A stretch of 47,377 bases of DNA, from assembly GCA_028282545.1 (NCBI GenBank), contig JANQHT010000158.1, forward strand, positions 1-47,377, read 5' to 3'. The stretch is from Spirochaetales bacterium. Lineage in GTDB: Bacteria; Spirochaetota; Spirochaetia; DSM-27196; Alkalispirochaetaceae. Below the pieces are notes generated by a model. The model was not told where the DNA came from. It ran no database searches and saw only the letters and a program-made list of their open reading frames with translations. Below are positions 9,042 to 17,244 of this stretch, piece by piece (the stretch's first letter is position 1; every line of letters starts with the position of its first letter). Made by a program: the position numbers and the translations under genes.

Positions 9042-9368
9042 ATGCGCTCCTACCAGGACAGAATTCTGGATCTTGTCCGCGCCGTGCCGCCGGTTGACGT
9101 CCAGAACCGGCTCATGACGGCCGACGACGGCGCGCTTGCCATGGCAATGCTCTACATGGGCGATATGGACCGCGAGAAGATCCTGGGGTTTATCTCACGG
9201 GCAAAGGCGGAACGGGTGCGCGAGGAGGTGCGCCGCAACGATCACGTGCGTATTCTCTACTCTCAGTACGAAACGGCGGCGTCAACGATCATACGCAAGC
9301 TCTCGGGCGATCGAAACGTGAAAAGCGCAAAACGGTACTACCGGCCGTTTCGCGGCTCCGATAGGTAG
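9042..9368 (+). CDS. Stand-alone FliG C-terminal / MgtE-N-like domain protein (108 aa)
   Basis: Good SD (AGGAAG, 5 nt before ATG). LAMAMLYMGDMDREKILGFISRAKAERVREEV...ETAASTIIRKL aligns to the FliG-C torque-helix region LALAL.GAS.E.REKIL.N.S.RAAE.LRE...AQ..I...RRL. Confidence 0.55.
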   Translation: MRSYQDRILDLVRAVPPVDVQNRLMTADDGALAMAMLYMGDMDREKILGFISRAKAERVREEVRRNDHVRILYSQYETAASTIIRKLSGDRNVKSAKRYYRPFRGSDR

Positions 9369-9396
9369 GCAACGCGAAACGCAGCCCCCGCGCAGA

Positions 9397-10389
9397 CTAC
9401 CGAGGGAAGGGGGGCACCTCGCCTACCGCCGCGAAGGGGTGTCTGCTCGCCGCGGTCGCCGCGGCGGTCGCGACGGGAAGGATGACCTCGACCGGTCGGC
9501 CCGTCGCCAGCCCCGCGAGAATCACGCCGTCCAGGACGTCCCCGCACCCCACGGACCAGGGCGGCGTCGTTTCCCGGCCGCTCCCGACGGCGGACACCGT
9601 GTTGCTGCGCCCACGGGAGATCCATGCAGCCTCCGCACCGCGGGCACCGCGCTTGAGGACGACAAGCTCCGCTGCAAGTTCGCGGCCGATCACTTCGGCG
9701 TGAACGGTCGTGCCGTCCTCCAGATCGAGGAGGGCGCGGAACTCCTCCTCCGTACCGGACACGACGTTCACCGCGTCCGTGACGAGATGTACAAGATCGC
9801 GACGGTGCCGTGCGATGAGCGGCGGCGCCCCAAGATCGAAATGGACGCGCATCCGCGCGTCCCGGGCGGTCTCAAGAAGACGGGTCAACCAGCCGGCGTT
9901 GTTCAGAAGGTACGCTTCGACCGTAAGGATCGAAGCGGGTGCGGCACCGCTTAATACGGCGGCGGGATCCAGTTGATCAAAATCGGAGAACGCCCCCGGG
10001 GCGGTGATCACCGCCCAGCGATCCCTCTCCGTGATGTGCGCGCTACAGGCGGTTCTGGGACGGCCGGCCACGGTCCGGTCCTGAACCGTTTTGTCGGCAC
10101 TCCACTCCAGGAACGGACCGGCCTCTTCTCCGATGACACCGGCAATGCGAACGGGAACGCCCATGGCCGATAGGATACGCGCCTTGTTGACTGAACTCCC
10201 GCCGTCGTGGCGCACAGCGGGCTCAAGCCCCCGGAGCGAGCGGTCCAGTTCCTCCCGAGAGACGTGGGAATAGGTGCCGTGCGCAAAGTCGCGGGTATCG
10301 AACTCGAGGGGTGAAACCGCGTAGTGGATGTCGATCACCACGTTGCCTACGGCGACGACCGCCGGGGTGCGTGCGCTCATGGCTGCCAA
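9397..10389 (-). CDS. PfkB-family carbohydrate/nucleoside kinase
   Basis: N-terminal AVGNVVIDI and C-terminal GxGD-type anion-hole motif VGCGDVLDGVILAGLATG. Confidence 0.75.
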   Translation of the reverse strand: MAAMSARTPAVVAVGNVVIDIHYAVSPLEFDTRDFAHGTYSHVSREELDRSLRGLEPAVRHDGGSSVNKARILSAMGVPVRIAGVIGEEAGPFLEWSADKTVQDRTVAGRPRTACSAHITERDRWAVITAPGAFSDFDQLDPAAVLSGAAPASILTVEAYLLNNAGWLTRLLETARDARMRVHFDLGAPPLIARHRRDLVHLVTDAVNVVSGTEEEFRALLDLEDGTTVHAEVIGRELAAELVVLKRGARGAEAAWISRGRSNTVSAVGSGRETTPPWSVGCGDVLDGVILAGLATGRPVEVILPVATAAATAASRHPFAAVGEVPPFPR

Positions 10390-10427
10390 CGGTACCAGAT
10401 TCCCGCAAAAAAAGCGCCGGGAAAACG

Positions 10428-10483
10428 TTGACAGGTTCCCGATCTTGTATTATTAGTTGTATTGTATTAGTACGTTAGTACAA
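10428..10483 (+). promoter_or_regulatory. sigma70-like promoter (TTGACA-17-TATTAG) followed by an imperfect inverted repeat, TTGTATTAG-N4-TTAGTACAA: candidate YtrA-type GntR operator.
   Basis: TTGACA at 10428-10433. Inverted repeat at 10462-10483 with 7/9 complementary half-sites, in an AT-rich island upstream of the GntR start. Confidence 0.4.
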
Positions 10484-10507
10484 ATTGTCTTGCAGGAGCG
10501 CTGGTGC

Positions 10508-10921
10508 ATGGCTGACAAGAAGGGCGATTTCCGAATCATTCTGGACCCCTCCACGGGGATCCCCGTGTACCGTCAAATCATCCTCCAGATCGAAATGGCC
10601 CTGGCGGACGGACGCCTGGCCGCCGGATACCAGCTACCCACCGTTCGTGGGCTGGCCGTGGAACTGCGCGTCAACCCCAACACGGTTGCGCGCGCGTACA
10701 GCGAGTTGGAGATTCGAGGGATGGTGTCAACGCAGTTTGGAGCCGGCACGTTCGTGAGCGGCAGGGAAGTCACACTTTCGGACGACGAACGCCGGCAGAT
10801 CCTTGCGCAGTTGGTCCGCGGATTCGTAAGCCAGGCGTCGTCCTACGGTTTTTCCGTCGCGGATATCACCGCCTATCTGCAGGAGAACCGGGCGGGCTCG
10901 GAGTTGGGAGGAAAGCAATGA
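10508..10921 (+). CDS. GntR-family transcriptional regulator, YtrA subfamily
   Basis: wHTH segment GYQLPTVRGLAVELRVNPNTVARAYSELE with a short C-terminal domain. SD AGGAG upstream. Stop overlaps the next gene's start (ATGA). Confidence 0.8.
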   Translation: MADKKGDFRIILDPSTGIPVYRQIILQIEMALADGRLAAGYQLPTVRGLAVELRVNPNTVARAYSELEIRGMVSTQFGAGTFVSGREVTLSDDERRQILAQLVRGFVSQASSYGFSVADITAYLQENRAGSELGGKQ

Positions 10922-12003
10922 AAATCTGGAAGAGGGAACAGGTCCCGATGAGTGTACGTCCGCGCAAGCATCGCGGTCACTTCAGGTTCTCCGTCGTCTC
11001 GGGGCTCGTCGTGCTAATCGCGATCGTGGTCGCGGTGGTGGTACCCGCCCTGTCGGGTCACCCCCTGAGAACTCGCGAGGCAGGCGCCATTGCTGCTGCG
11101 ATCGTGGTCGGTGCGGGACTCCTGGCGCTTCTCCCCTACTGGCCGGTAACGGTCGTGTCCGCCGCGCTCGTTACCGTCGCATCGGTTCCCGCCCTGGAGA
11201 ACGGAACGGGAGCGGTGCCGGCCCTCCTTGCCGGTGTACTCGGCGTTCTGTTTGCGCCGGCGTTCCAGATCGCCAACCACTGGGAGAAGGTCGTGCTGCT
11301 TCGATTCGGACGCTTCCGACGCGTCTTTGGTCCCGGGTTGCACCTGGTCATGCCGCTGGCAGATACCACGGTGCGATTCACGGACATGCGCGTCCGTGTG
11401 ACGGACTTCACCGCGGAGAAATCGATCACCCGCGATACGGTGCCGGTTCACGTGGACGCCCTGGCGTTCTGGCTGGTCTGGGATGCGGAAAAGGCGATGC
11501 TCGAGGTCGAAAACTACATCGATGCGGTGTCGCTCTCGGCCCAGACGGCGCTGCGTGACGCGATCGGCCGTAACGACCTGGCAACGCTTCTGAGTGAACG
11601 GGAACGGCTGGGATCGGAGATCCAGGCGACACTGGACGAAAAGACGAACCCCTGGGGCGTGACCATCCTGTCGATCGAGCTTAAAGAGGTGTTGATACCG
11701 AAGGAACTGGAGGACGCCCTGAGCAAGCGGGCGCAGGCGGAACGGGAGCGCCAGGCGCGGGTCATCCTCGCTTCGGCCGAAGTCGAGATAGCCAAGCGCT
11801 TTGAGGAAGCGGCGGAAACGTACCGGAACGATCCAACGGCACTCAAAATCCGCTCCATGAACATGGCCTTCGACAGCATCCGGGCCAATCGGAACATCGT
11901 ACTCATGCCGAGTTCCGCTCTGGAGACACTGGACCTCGGTACCGCCCTGGGTACCGCCGCTTTCTCCCAGGGAAGGCAGGAAGACGAGGAGGAAGAGGAA
12001 TGA
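10918..12003 (+). CDS. SPFH/Band-7 (stomatin/HflK-like) protein with a ~120-aa multi-TM N-terminal membrane region
   Basis: Band-7 core (VVLLRFGRF..., ...VTILSIELKEV...) plus a coiled-coil tail and acidic C-terminus (QEDEEEEE). Confidence 0.8.
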   Translation: MKIWKREQVPMSVRPRKHRGHFRFSVVSGLVVLIAIVVAVVVPALSGHPLRTREAGAIAAAIVVGAGLLALLPYWPVTVVSAALVTVASVPALENGTGAVPALLAGVLGVLFAPAFQIANHWEKVVLLRFGRFRRVFGPGLHLVMPLADTTVRFTDMRVRVTDFTAEKSITRDTVPVHVDALAFWLVWDAEKAMLEVENYIDAVSLSAQTALRDAIGRNDLATLLSERERLGSEIQATLDEKTNPWGVTILSIELKEVLIPKELEDALSKRAQAERERQARVILASAEVEIAKRFEEAAETYRNDPTALKIRSMNMAFDSIRANRNIVLMPSSALETLDLGTALGTAAFSQGRQEDEEEEE

Positions 12004-12689
12004 TCACGATTACCAATCTGGTACGAACGTATCAAACGGGAGACAACGAGGTTCGGGCGCTGCGCAACATCGATTTGGCGATCGCAACGGGCGAGTTCGC
12101 GGCTATCGCGGGGCCCTCCGGCTCCGGGAAGACAACGCTGCTCAACTTGATCGGCTGCATCGACGAACCCGACGAGGGGACGATCGAGATCAACGGGAGC
12201 GTTGTCCACGCGGGGAAGGCGAAGGAACGAGCCCTGTTTCGCAGGGAGAACCTGGGGTTTGTCTTCCAGAGCTTCAACTTGGTGCCGGTACTGACTGCGG
12301 AGGAGAACATCGCCCTAAGCCTGTCGCTGCTCGACATGCCCGCTGCGGAACGGCGTGAGCGCCTGCGAGCGATCATCGACGAGGTAGGGCTCACGGGAAT
12401 GGAGGACCGGCGGCCGGCGCGCCTCTCGGGCGGGCAGCAGCAGCGAGTCGCGGTTGCCAGGGCCCTCGTGAAGGATCCCAAGCTCGTGCTCGCGGATGAA
12501 CCGACGGCCAACCTCGATTCAGAAACGGGAGCGGCGATCCTGGACCTGATGCACGAACTGAATCAAAGCCACAAAACGACCTTTGTGTTCTCAACGCACG
12601 ACCCCATGGTCATGGACCGCGCCGATCGGCTGATTACCCTCCGGGACGGTCGGATCGTCGACGACGACCTGCGCAGGAGAGCATCGTGA
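12000..12689 (+). CDS. ABC transporter ATP-binding protein, LolD/MacB-ATPase type
   Basis: GPSGSGKTTLLNLIGCID, LSGGQQQRVAVARAL, LADEPTANLD. 229 aa. Confidence 0.9.
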   Translation: MITITNLVRTYQTGDNEVRALRNIDLAIATGEFAAIAGPSGSGKTTLLNLIGCIDEPDEGTIEINGSVVHAGKAKERALFRRENLGFVFQSFNLVPVLTAEENIALSLSLLDMPAAERRERLRAIIDEVGLTGMEDRRPARLSGGQQQRVAVARALVKDPKLVLADEPTANLDSETGAAILDLMHELNQSHKTTFVFSTHDPMVMDRADRLITLRDGRIVDDDLRRRAS

Positions 12690-13942
12690 ACGCACGCGCC
12701 GGCGTAGCCCTGGCGTGGAAGAACCTCTTCCGCCACGGGCGACGAACCATCATCACCGCGTCGGCCCTCGCCTTCGGGCTGTTGGTGTACATCATGGCTG
12801 ACTCGATGCTGCGCGGAATCGAAGTCGATACGGAGCGCAACCTGATCCTCTACGAAACGGGCGCCGCCCAGGTACTGGCGGAGGGATACCTGGAGGAGCG
12901 GGATCTGCGGCCCCTGCGCTACGCGATCGAAACACCGGAAGAAATCGAATCGGCCCTGGAGGAGAGCGGTATCAAGGCCGTGGCACGGACGACCTTCAGC
13001 GGGGAACTGATCGTCTTTCAGGATCCCTTCCCGGAAGACGGCTCCGTTCAGGTTACCGGGTACGGAATCGATCCCTCCGACGACGGCGACGTCTACCGGC
13101 TGGAGGAGACGATCACAAAAGGACGATTTCTCGAGCCCGGCGAGGACGGAGCCGTCCTGGGCGGTTGGCTGGCGGAGGATATCGGCGCCGATGTCGGGTA
13201 CCCCATCACGATCGTGACGCGCACCCGGGGCGGGTTTTTTCAGACCCTGGAACTCGACGTTGTGGGGATCGCCGATACGCCGAACCCGATCATCAACCGG
13301 TACGCGGTGTTTGTGCCGATCGACACGGCCGATTTTTACCTGCAGATGGAGGGCGCCGTCACGGAGATCGCGGTTGCGGGCAAACTGCGCGGCGTGGATA
13401 GGGCGCTCACGGCGCAGATGGAACAGGAACTCGCGTCGTTTCCCGGGGTGGACGTCGTCGGGTGGGATCGCCTCGCAATGGACTATGTTGCGATTGCCCA
13501 GACCAAGAACTCCGGGTCGAGCACCATCCTCTTCTTTGTCTTTGTCATCGCCGCCGTGGGGGTTTCGAACACCGTCCTGATGTCGATCCTGGAACGGCGG
13601 AGGGAGATCGGCATGATGCGGGCCATGGGTCTCTACGACGGTGAGATCCGGCGCCTGTTGCTCCTGGAGGCGGCGGGAATCGGGGTCATCGGCGCCGGGA
13701 TCGGGATCGCCCTTGGAGCCGTTACCAACTATTTCCTGGTGACGAACGGTATCGACTACAGCTTCTGGCTGCGCGACATGGACGCCGGCTACCGCATTAC
13801 CGGCGTACTTCGGGGTGTCTGGAACGGCGATACCTTTGCAAGCGCTTTTGCCGCGGGGGTAATCATCACCGTGATCACCGCGATGATGCCGGTCCGCCGG
13901 GCGCTGCGCACCACCATCGTGGAAAGCCTGCGAACCGATTGA
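12686..13942 (+). CDS. FtsX-family ABC permease (LolC/LolE/MacB-like), 418 aa with a large periplasmic domain
   Basis: N-terminal LAWKNLFRHGRRTIITASALAFGLL, a ~220-aa periplasmic insert, three C-terminal TMs. GTG start overlaps the ATPase stop. Confidence 0.85.
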   Translation: MNARAGVALAWKNLFRHGRRTIITASALAFGLLVYIMADSMLRGIEVDTERNLILYETGAAQVLAEGYLEERDLRPLRYAIETPEEIESALEESGIKAVARTTFSGELIVFQDPFPEDGSVQVTGYGIDPSDDGDVYRLEETITKGRFLEPGEDGAVLGGWLAEDIGADVGYPITIVTRTRGGFFQTLELDVVGIADTPNPIINRYAVFVPIDTADFYLQMEGAVTEIAVAGKLRGVDRALTAQMEQELASFPGVDVVGWDRLAMDYVAIAQTKNSGSSTILFFVFVIAAVGVSNTVLMSILERRREIGMMRAMGLYDGEIRRLLLLEAAGIGVIGAGIGIALGAVTNYFLVTNGIDYSFWLRDMDAGYRITGVLRGVWNGDTFASAFAAGVIITVITAMMPVRRALRTTIVESLRTD

Positions 13943-13951
13943 GGAGAGGGT

Positions 13952-15232
13952 ATGAACCTTACACAGATAGCGTGGAGGAACATCGGTCGGAACCGGCGAC
14001 GATCGGTGCTCTCGGTTACCGCCACTGCCGTGGCAACGATGTCGGTGGTCATGCTCTTCTCGTTGCTATCGGGAATCGCCGACGACATGGCGTCCAACCT
14101 GACGCGTTTCTATACCGGGGAGGTCCGTATACGGAACGAAGAGTTCTCGACCTACGAGTACCTGCAGCCGCTGCACCTCTCGGTGGACAACGCGGAAGCC
14201 ACGGTGGCAGCGGTAGAAGGGACCGACGGTGTCGCCGCGGCGGTCCCGCGGATCAGCGGCGGTGGAGCGGTCTTCCAGGATGACCGGCGCATTGCGCTCC
14301 TGTTTACCGGGGTTGACTTCGAACGCGAGCGGGAGTTCAGCAACATCGACGAGATTATCGCCGGCGGGGAGATCCCGGTGGCCTCGGCGGAACCCGCCGG
14401 CCCCTCCGGCCCCTCCGACACTTCCGGGCCGCGCCTGGTGCCGGCGGTCGTAGGCGCCGGCGTCCTCGATCGCCTGGGCATCGGGCTGGGCGATCGGTTC
14501 ACCCTTGTGACGCGCACCGCCATGCGGGGCAGCAACGCCATGTCCTTCGAGGTCGCCGGTGTTGCACGGTTTCCGGTGCCCGCATTGAACGACGCGGGAT
14601 TCTGGGCCCCCTTGCCGGATGTCCAGCGGCTGGTACGAATGGACGGAGAGGCGGGAGAAGTGTTGGCGCGGATGGACCGCGGAGCAGACGAGCGCGCCGT
14701 GACCGAGGCCCTTGCCCTCTCCGCCCGGGAGGCAACCTCGACGCCGCTGGAGGTCAAATACTGGAAGGAGATCGAAACCACCTACAGCTTCATCGAAATG
14801 GCGCAGGTGATCTATAGCATCATGGGACTCATCTTCTTCATCCTCGCCGGCACGGTGATCATCAACACGACTATGATGGCGATCTACGAACGCAAAAAGG
14901 AGATCGGCACGCTCGAAGCGATGGGTATGACGCCCCGGGAAGTGGTCCGGCTCTTCTTTACCGAGTCACTCTTCCTGGCGATTCTCGGCGCCGGTGCGGG
15001 TCTCGTGGTGGGTGTCATCTTCGCATCGATTCTCAGTCGGACCGGCATCGATTTCACCGAGGCGTTTCGGGGCGTAGACATGGAGATATCGCCGGTACTC
15101 TACCCGAAAATCACCCCACTCTCGACCGTTGTCGTCACGGCGGCGTCCATTGCCGTGGGGGCCATAACATCGCTCTTTCCAACCACCCGTATCACCCGCA
15201 TTCAGCCGGTGGAAGCGCTGCGGGACGAGTAA
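13952..15232 (+). CDS. Second FtsX-family ABC permease (LolE/LolC-like), 426 aa
   Basis: IAWRNIGRNRRRSVLSVTA... with the same architecture as the first permease. SD GGAGAGGG. Confidence 0.85.
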   Translation: MNLTQIAWRNIGRNRRRSVLSVTATAVATMSVVMLFSLLSGIADDMASNLTRFYTGEVRIRNEEFSTYEYLQPLHLSVDNAEATVAAVEGTDGVAAAVPRISGGGAVFQDDRRIALLFTGVDFEREREFSNIDEIIAGGEIPVASAEPAGPSGPSDTSGPRLVPAVVGAGVLDRLGIGLGDRFTLVTRTAMRGSNAMSFEVAGVARFPVPALNDAGFWAPLPDVQRLVRMDGEAGEVLARMDRGADERAVTEALALSAREATSTPLEVKYWKEIETTYSFIEMAQVIYSIMGLIFFILAGTVIINTTMMAIYERKKEIGTLEAMGMTPREVVRLFFTESLFLAILGAGAGLVVGVIFASILSRTGIDFTEAFRGVDMEISPVLYPKITPLSTVVVTAASIAVGAITSLFPTTRITRIQPVEALRDE

Positions 15233-15260
15233 GAGCTACCAACAGGAGAGGAGCAGCGAC

Positions 15261-16010
15261 GTGAAACGTACAGCAACCGGTATTATCGGTGTGGTCATAT
15301 TCGCCTGGACCGCACTGCCCGTGGCGGCGGCGGATCTCACGGCGGAGGAGATCGTGGAGCGCCTCGAGTCCAACCAGGTGCAGGAAACCAACCACGCCAC
15401 GGCCACGATGGTGGTTCGCGATCGGTTTGGCGAGCGTACCAGCACGATGGAATCGTGGAGCAAGGGGCGTGACGTGACCCTGATCGAGTTCACCTCACCG
15501 GCCGAGCGGGGACAGAAGGTCCTGCGAACGGAAAACGAGATATACCTCTTCTACCCCGACGCAGCGGAACTCATTCGCCTGCAGGGCGCGGCGCTCCGCG
15601 AATCGATGCTCGGGTCGGACATCTCCTATGAGGACATGACCGGCGGCAAAACGCTGTTGGAGACGTACCGCGTTGAACTGCTGGGCGAAGAGACGATCCA
15701 CGGGCACCGATGCTACAAGGTCGGCTTCGAGGCGCGCCGCCGCAACGCGGCGTACCCCAGGCAGACCGTATGGATCGACACGGAGCTCTTTGTGGCGCGT
15801 CGGAGCGAACAGTACGCGCTGAGCGGCCGCCTCTTGAAAGAGATCGAGATGGACCGGATCGAAACGATCGGCGGTTATACGATCGCCCGGCGCATGATCA
15901 TATCGGATGCCCTGAAACGAAACAGCAGTACCGAGTTTACCCTCGACGACGTCCAGTTCGACATACAAGTCGACGATGACCTCTTCAGCTTGGAGGAGCT
16001 CTCGTGGTAG
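15261..16010 (+). CDS. LolA-like outer-membrane lipoprotein-sorting family protein, periplasmic with signal peptide
   Basis: Signal peptide MKRTATGIIGVVIFAWTALPVAAAD. Size and pattern match LolA-like proteins that co-occur with MacB/Lol-type ABC systems. SD AGGAGAGGAG. Confidence 0.7.
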   Translation: MKRTATGIIGVVIFAWTALPVAAADLTAEEIVERLESNQVQETNHATATMVVRDRFGERTSTMESWSKGRDVTLIEFTSPAERGQKVLRTENEIYLFYPDAAELIRLQGAALRESMLGSDISYEDMTGGKTLLETYRVELLGEETIHGHRCYKVGFEARRRNAAYPRQTVWIDTELFVARRSEQYALSGRLLKEIEMDRIETIGGYTIARRMIISDALKRNSSTEFTLDDVQFDIQVDDDLFSLEELSW

Positions 16011-17146
16011 GGCGCCGGGGCGTCGCGCTGTTCGCGGCGGCGCTCCTGTTCGCCGCGGCCGCTCCGGGGGCGATCGCGGAGCCAACCACCTCAATAGACC
16101 TGGAGATCATCAACGCCGTGGCGGCACAGGACGATGAATCGGTCGCAACGGGCCTTGGAACCGCTACCGTCGAGTTTTCAGACGCCTCCAACCGCGTGGT
16201 CCGACCGCGCCTGCAGATCGAATCGGCGTTCTACGAGGTCGACGGACGCGCTTCGGCGCTCTTCACGGTGCCGCGGGCGGAGGTGAAGTGGCGGCTTCCC
16301 CTAAGCGAGTCGTACACGGCGCGGTTCACCGCCGGCCGGAGCCGTCTCAGTTGGGGCGACGGCGTGGTGTTCAACGCCGGGGACGTCATAAACGGCGCGG
16401 AACCAAACACGCTCGACCTGACCGCTTCCGTTCTCCGGGATGAGACGGTGTGGCTGCTATCGGGCTATTTTCCGTTGGGCCGGTACGCCTTCTTCGAACC
16501 GCTCTTGCTCATCCCCGGTCTGGAGCTGACCGCGGGAACAGATCCCGCCGCCGTGGCTCCGGTGGGTGCGGATAAAAGCGGCGGGGGGTTCCGCCTGCAG
16601 TGGAAAACGGGACAGGTCAAGAGCGAGACGGGCTACGTCTACCGCGGGTCCGACGAGTCCCACGCGCCGTACCTCTCTCTCCAGGGGAACCTGTACGTCG
16701 ACTGGTACGCGGCCGTGTCTACCCGGGTAACGACCGGCGAAGTCGAGGAAGACGGCGGCGTCTCGGCCACGGAGGCGAAGGGCGGAAACGCCACGGTCGG
16801 TTTGTACCACATCGCCCAGGGGCCCCGGGGCGGTTCCTGGAGCTTCCGCCTGGAGGGCATCGTCCGTGCCGGCGGCGACCCCGCGCTCTTTCCGGAAGTC
16901 ACCTGGGGTCCGAGCGACCTCTTCACGACGTTCCTTCGCAGCACGATCGTACTGGACGGCGAGAGCAGCGCTTCCGCGGTCGGCGTCAACTGGACCCCCG
17001 CGACGGGACTGACGCTTGCGCTCTTTGGTTCACTCGCCACGGGGACGGAGACGGGATCCGGCCTCGCCGGATCGGTAGTGGACCCGGAGGTACTCTCCGA
17101 TGAACCCCTAACCACCGTGACGGCCCTGATTCGGTACAGCTTTTGA
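16004..17146 (+). CDS. Secreted beta-barrel-like outer membrane protein, function unknown
   Basis: Signal peptide ends AIAEP. Alternating amphipathic stretches and a C-terminal aromatic residue (...IRYSF). Translationally coupled to the LolA-like gene. Confidence 0.5.
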   Translation: MVGRRGVALFAAALLFAAAAPGAIAEPTTSIDLEIINAVAAQDDESVATGLGTATVEFSDASNRVVRPRLQIESAFYEVDGRASALFTVPRAEVKWRLPLSESYTARFTAGRSRLSWGDGVVFNAGDVINGAEPNTLDLTASVLRDETVWLLSGYFPLGRYAFFEPLLLIPGLELTAGTDPAAVAPVGADKSGGGFRLQWKTGQVKSETGYVYRGSDESHAPYLSLQGNLYVDWYAAVSTRVTTGEVEEDGGVSATEAKGGNATVGLYHIAQGPRGGSWSFRLEGIVRAGGDPALFPEVTWGPSDLFTTFLRSTIVLDGESSASAVGVNWTPATGLTLALFGSLATGTETGSGLAGSVVDPEVLSDEPLTTVTALIRYSF

Positions 17147-17184
17147 TGGTTGCCGCACACCGGCGGCGCTTGTAACGCCTCTAA

Positions 17185-17244
17185 CGGTTCGACCAGTTCC
17201 AACAGGCACCCGGGCTGGCCCTAGGGTTCCACCAATTCCAACAG
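17185..17244. repeat. 21-nt direct repeat (18/21 identical) spanning the stop codon of the ParA-like gene. It duplicates the terminal codons LLELVEP.
   Basis: cggttcgaccagttccaacag at 17185-17205 versus gggttccaccaattccaacag at 17224-17244. In frame this reads ...RLLELVEP*GQPGCLLELVEPLEAL... Confidence 0.4.

Noticed and set aside
17181-17205. tRNA T-loop-like GGTTCGA motif in the OMP/ParA convergent gap
   Set aside because: No acceptor or anticodon stem can be built around it. The motif is part of the 21-nt direct repeat derived from the ParA-like 3' end.
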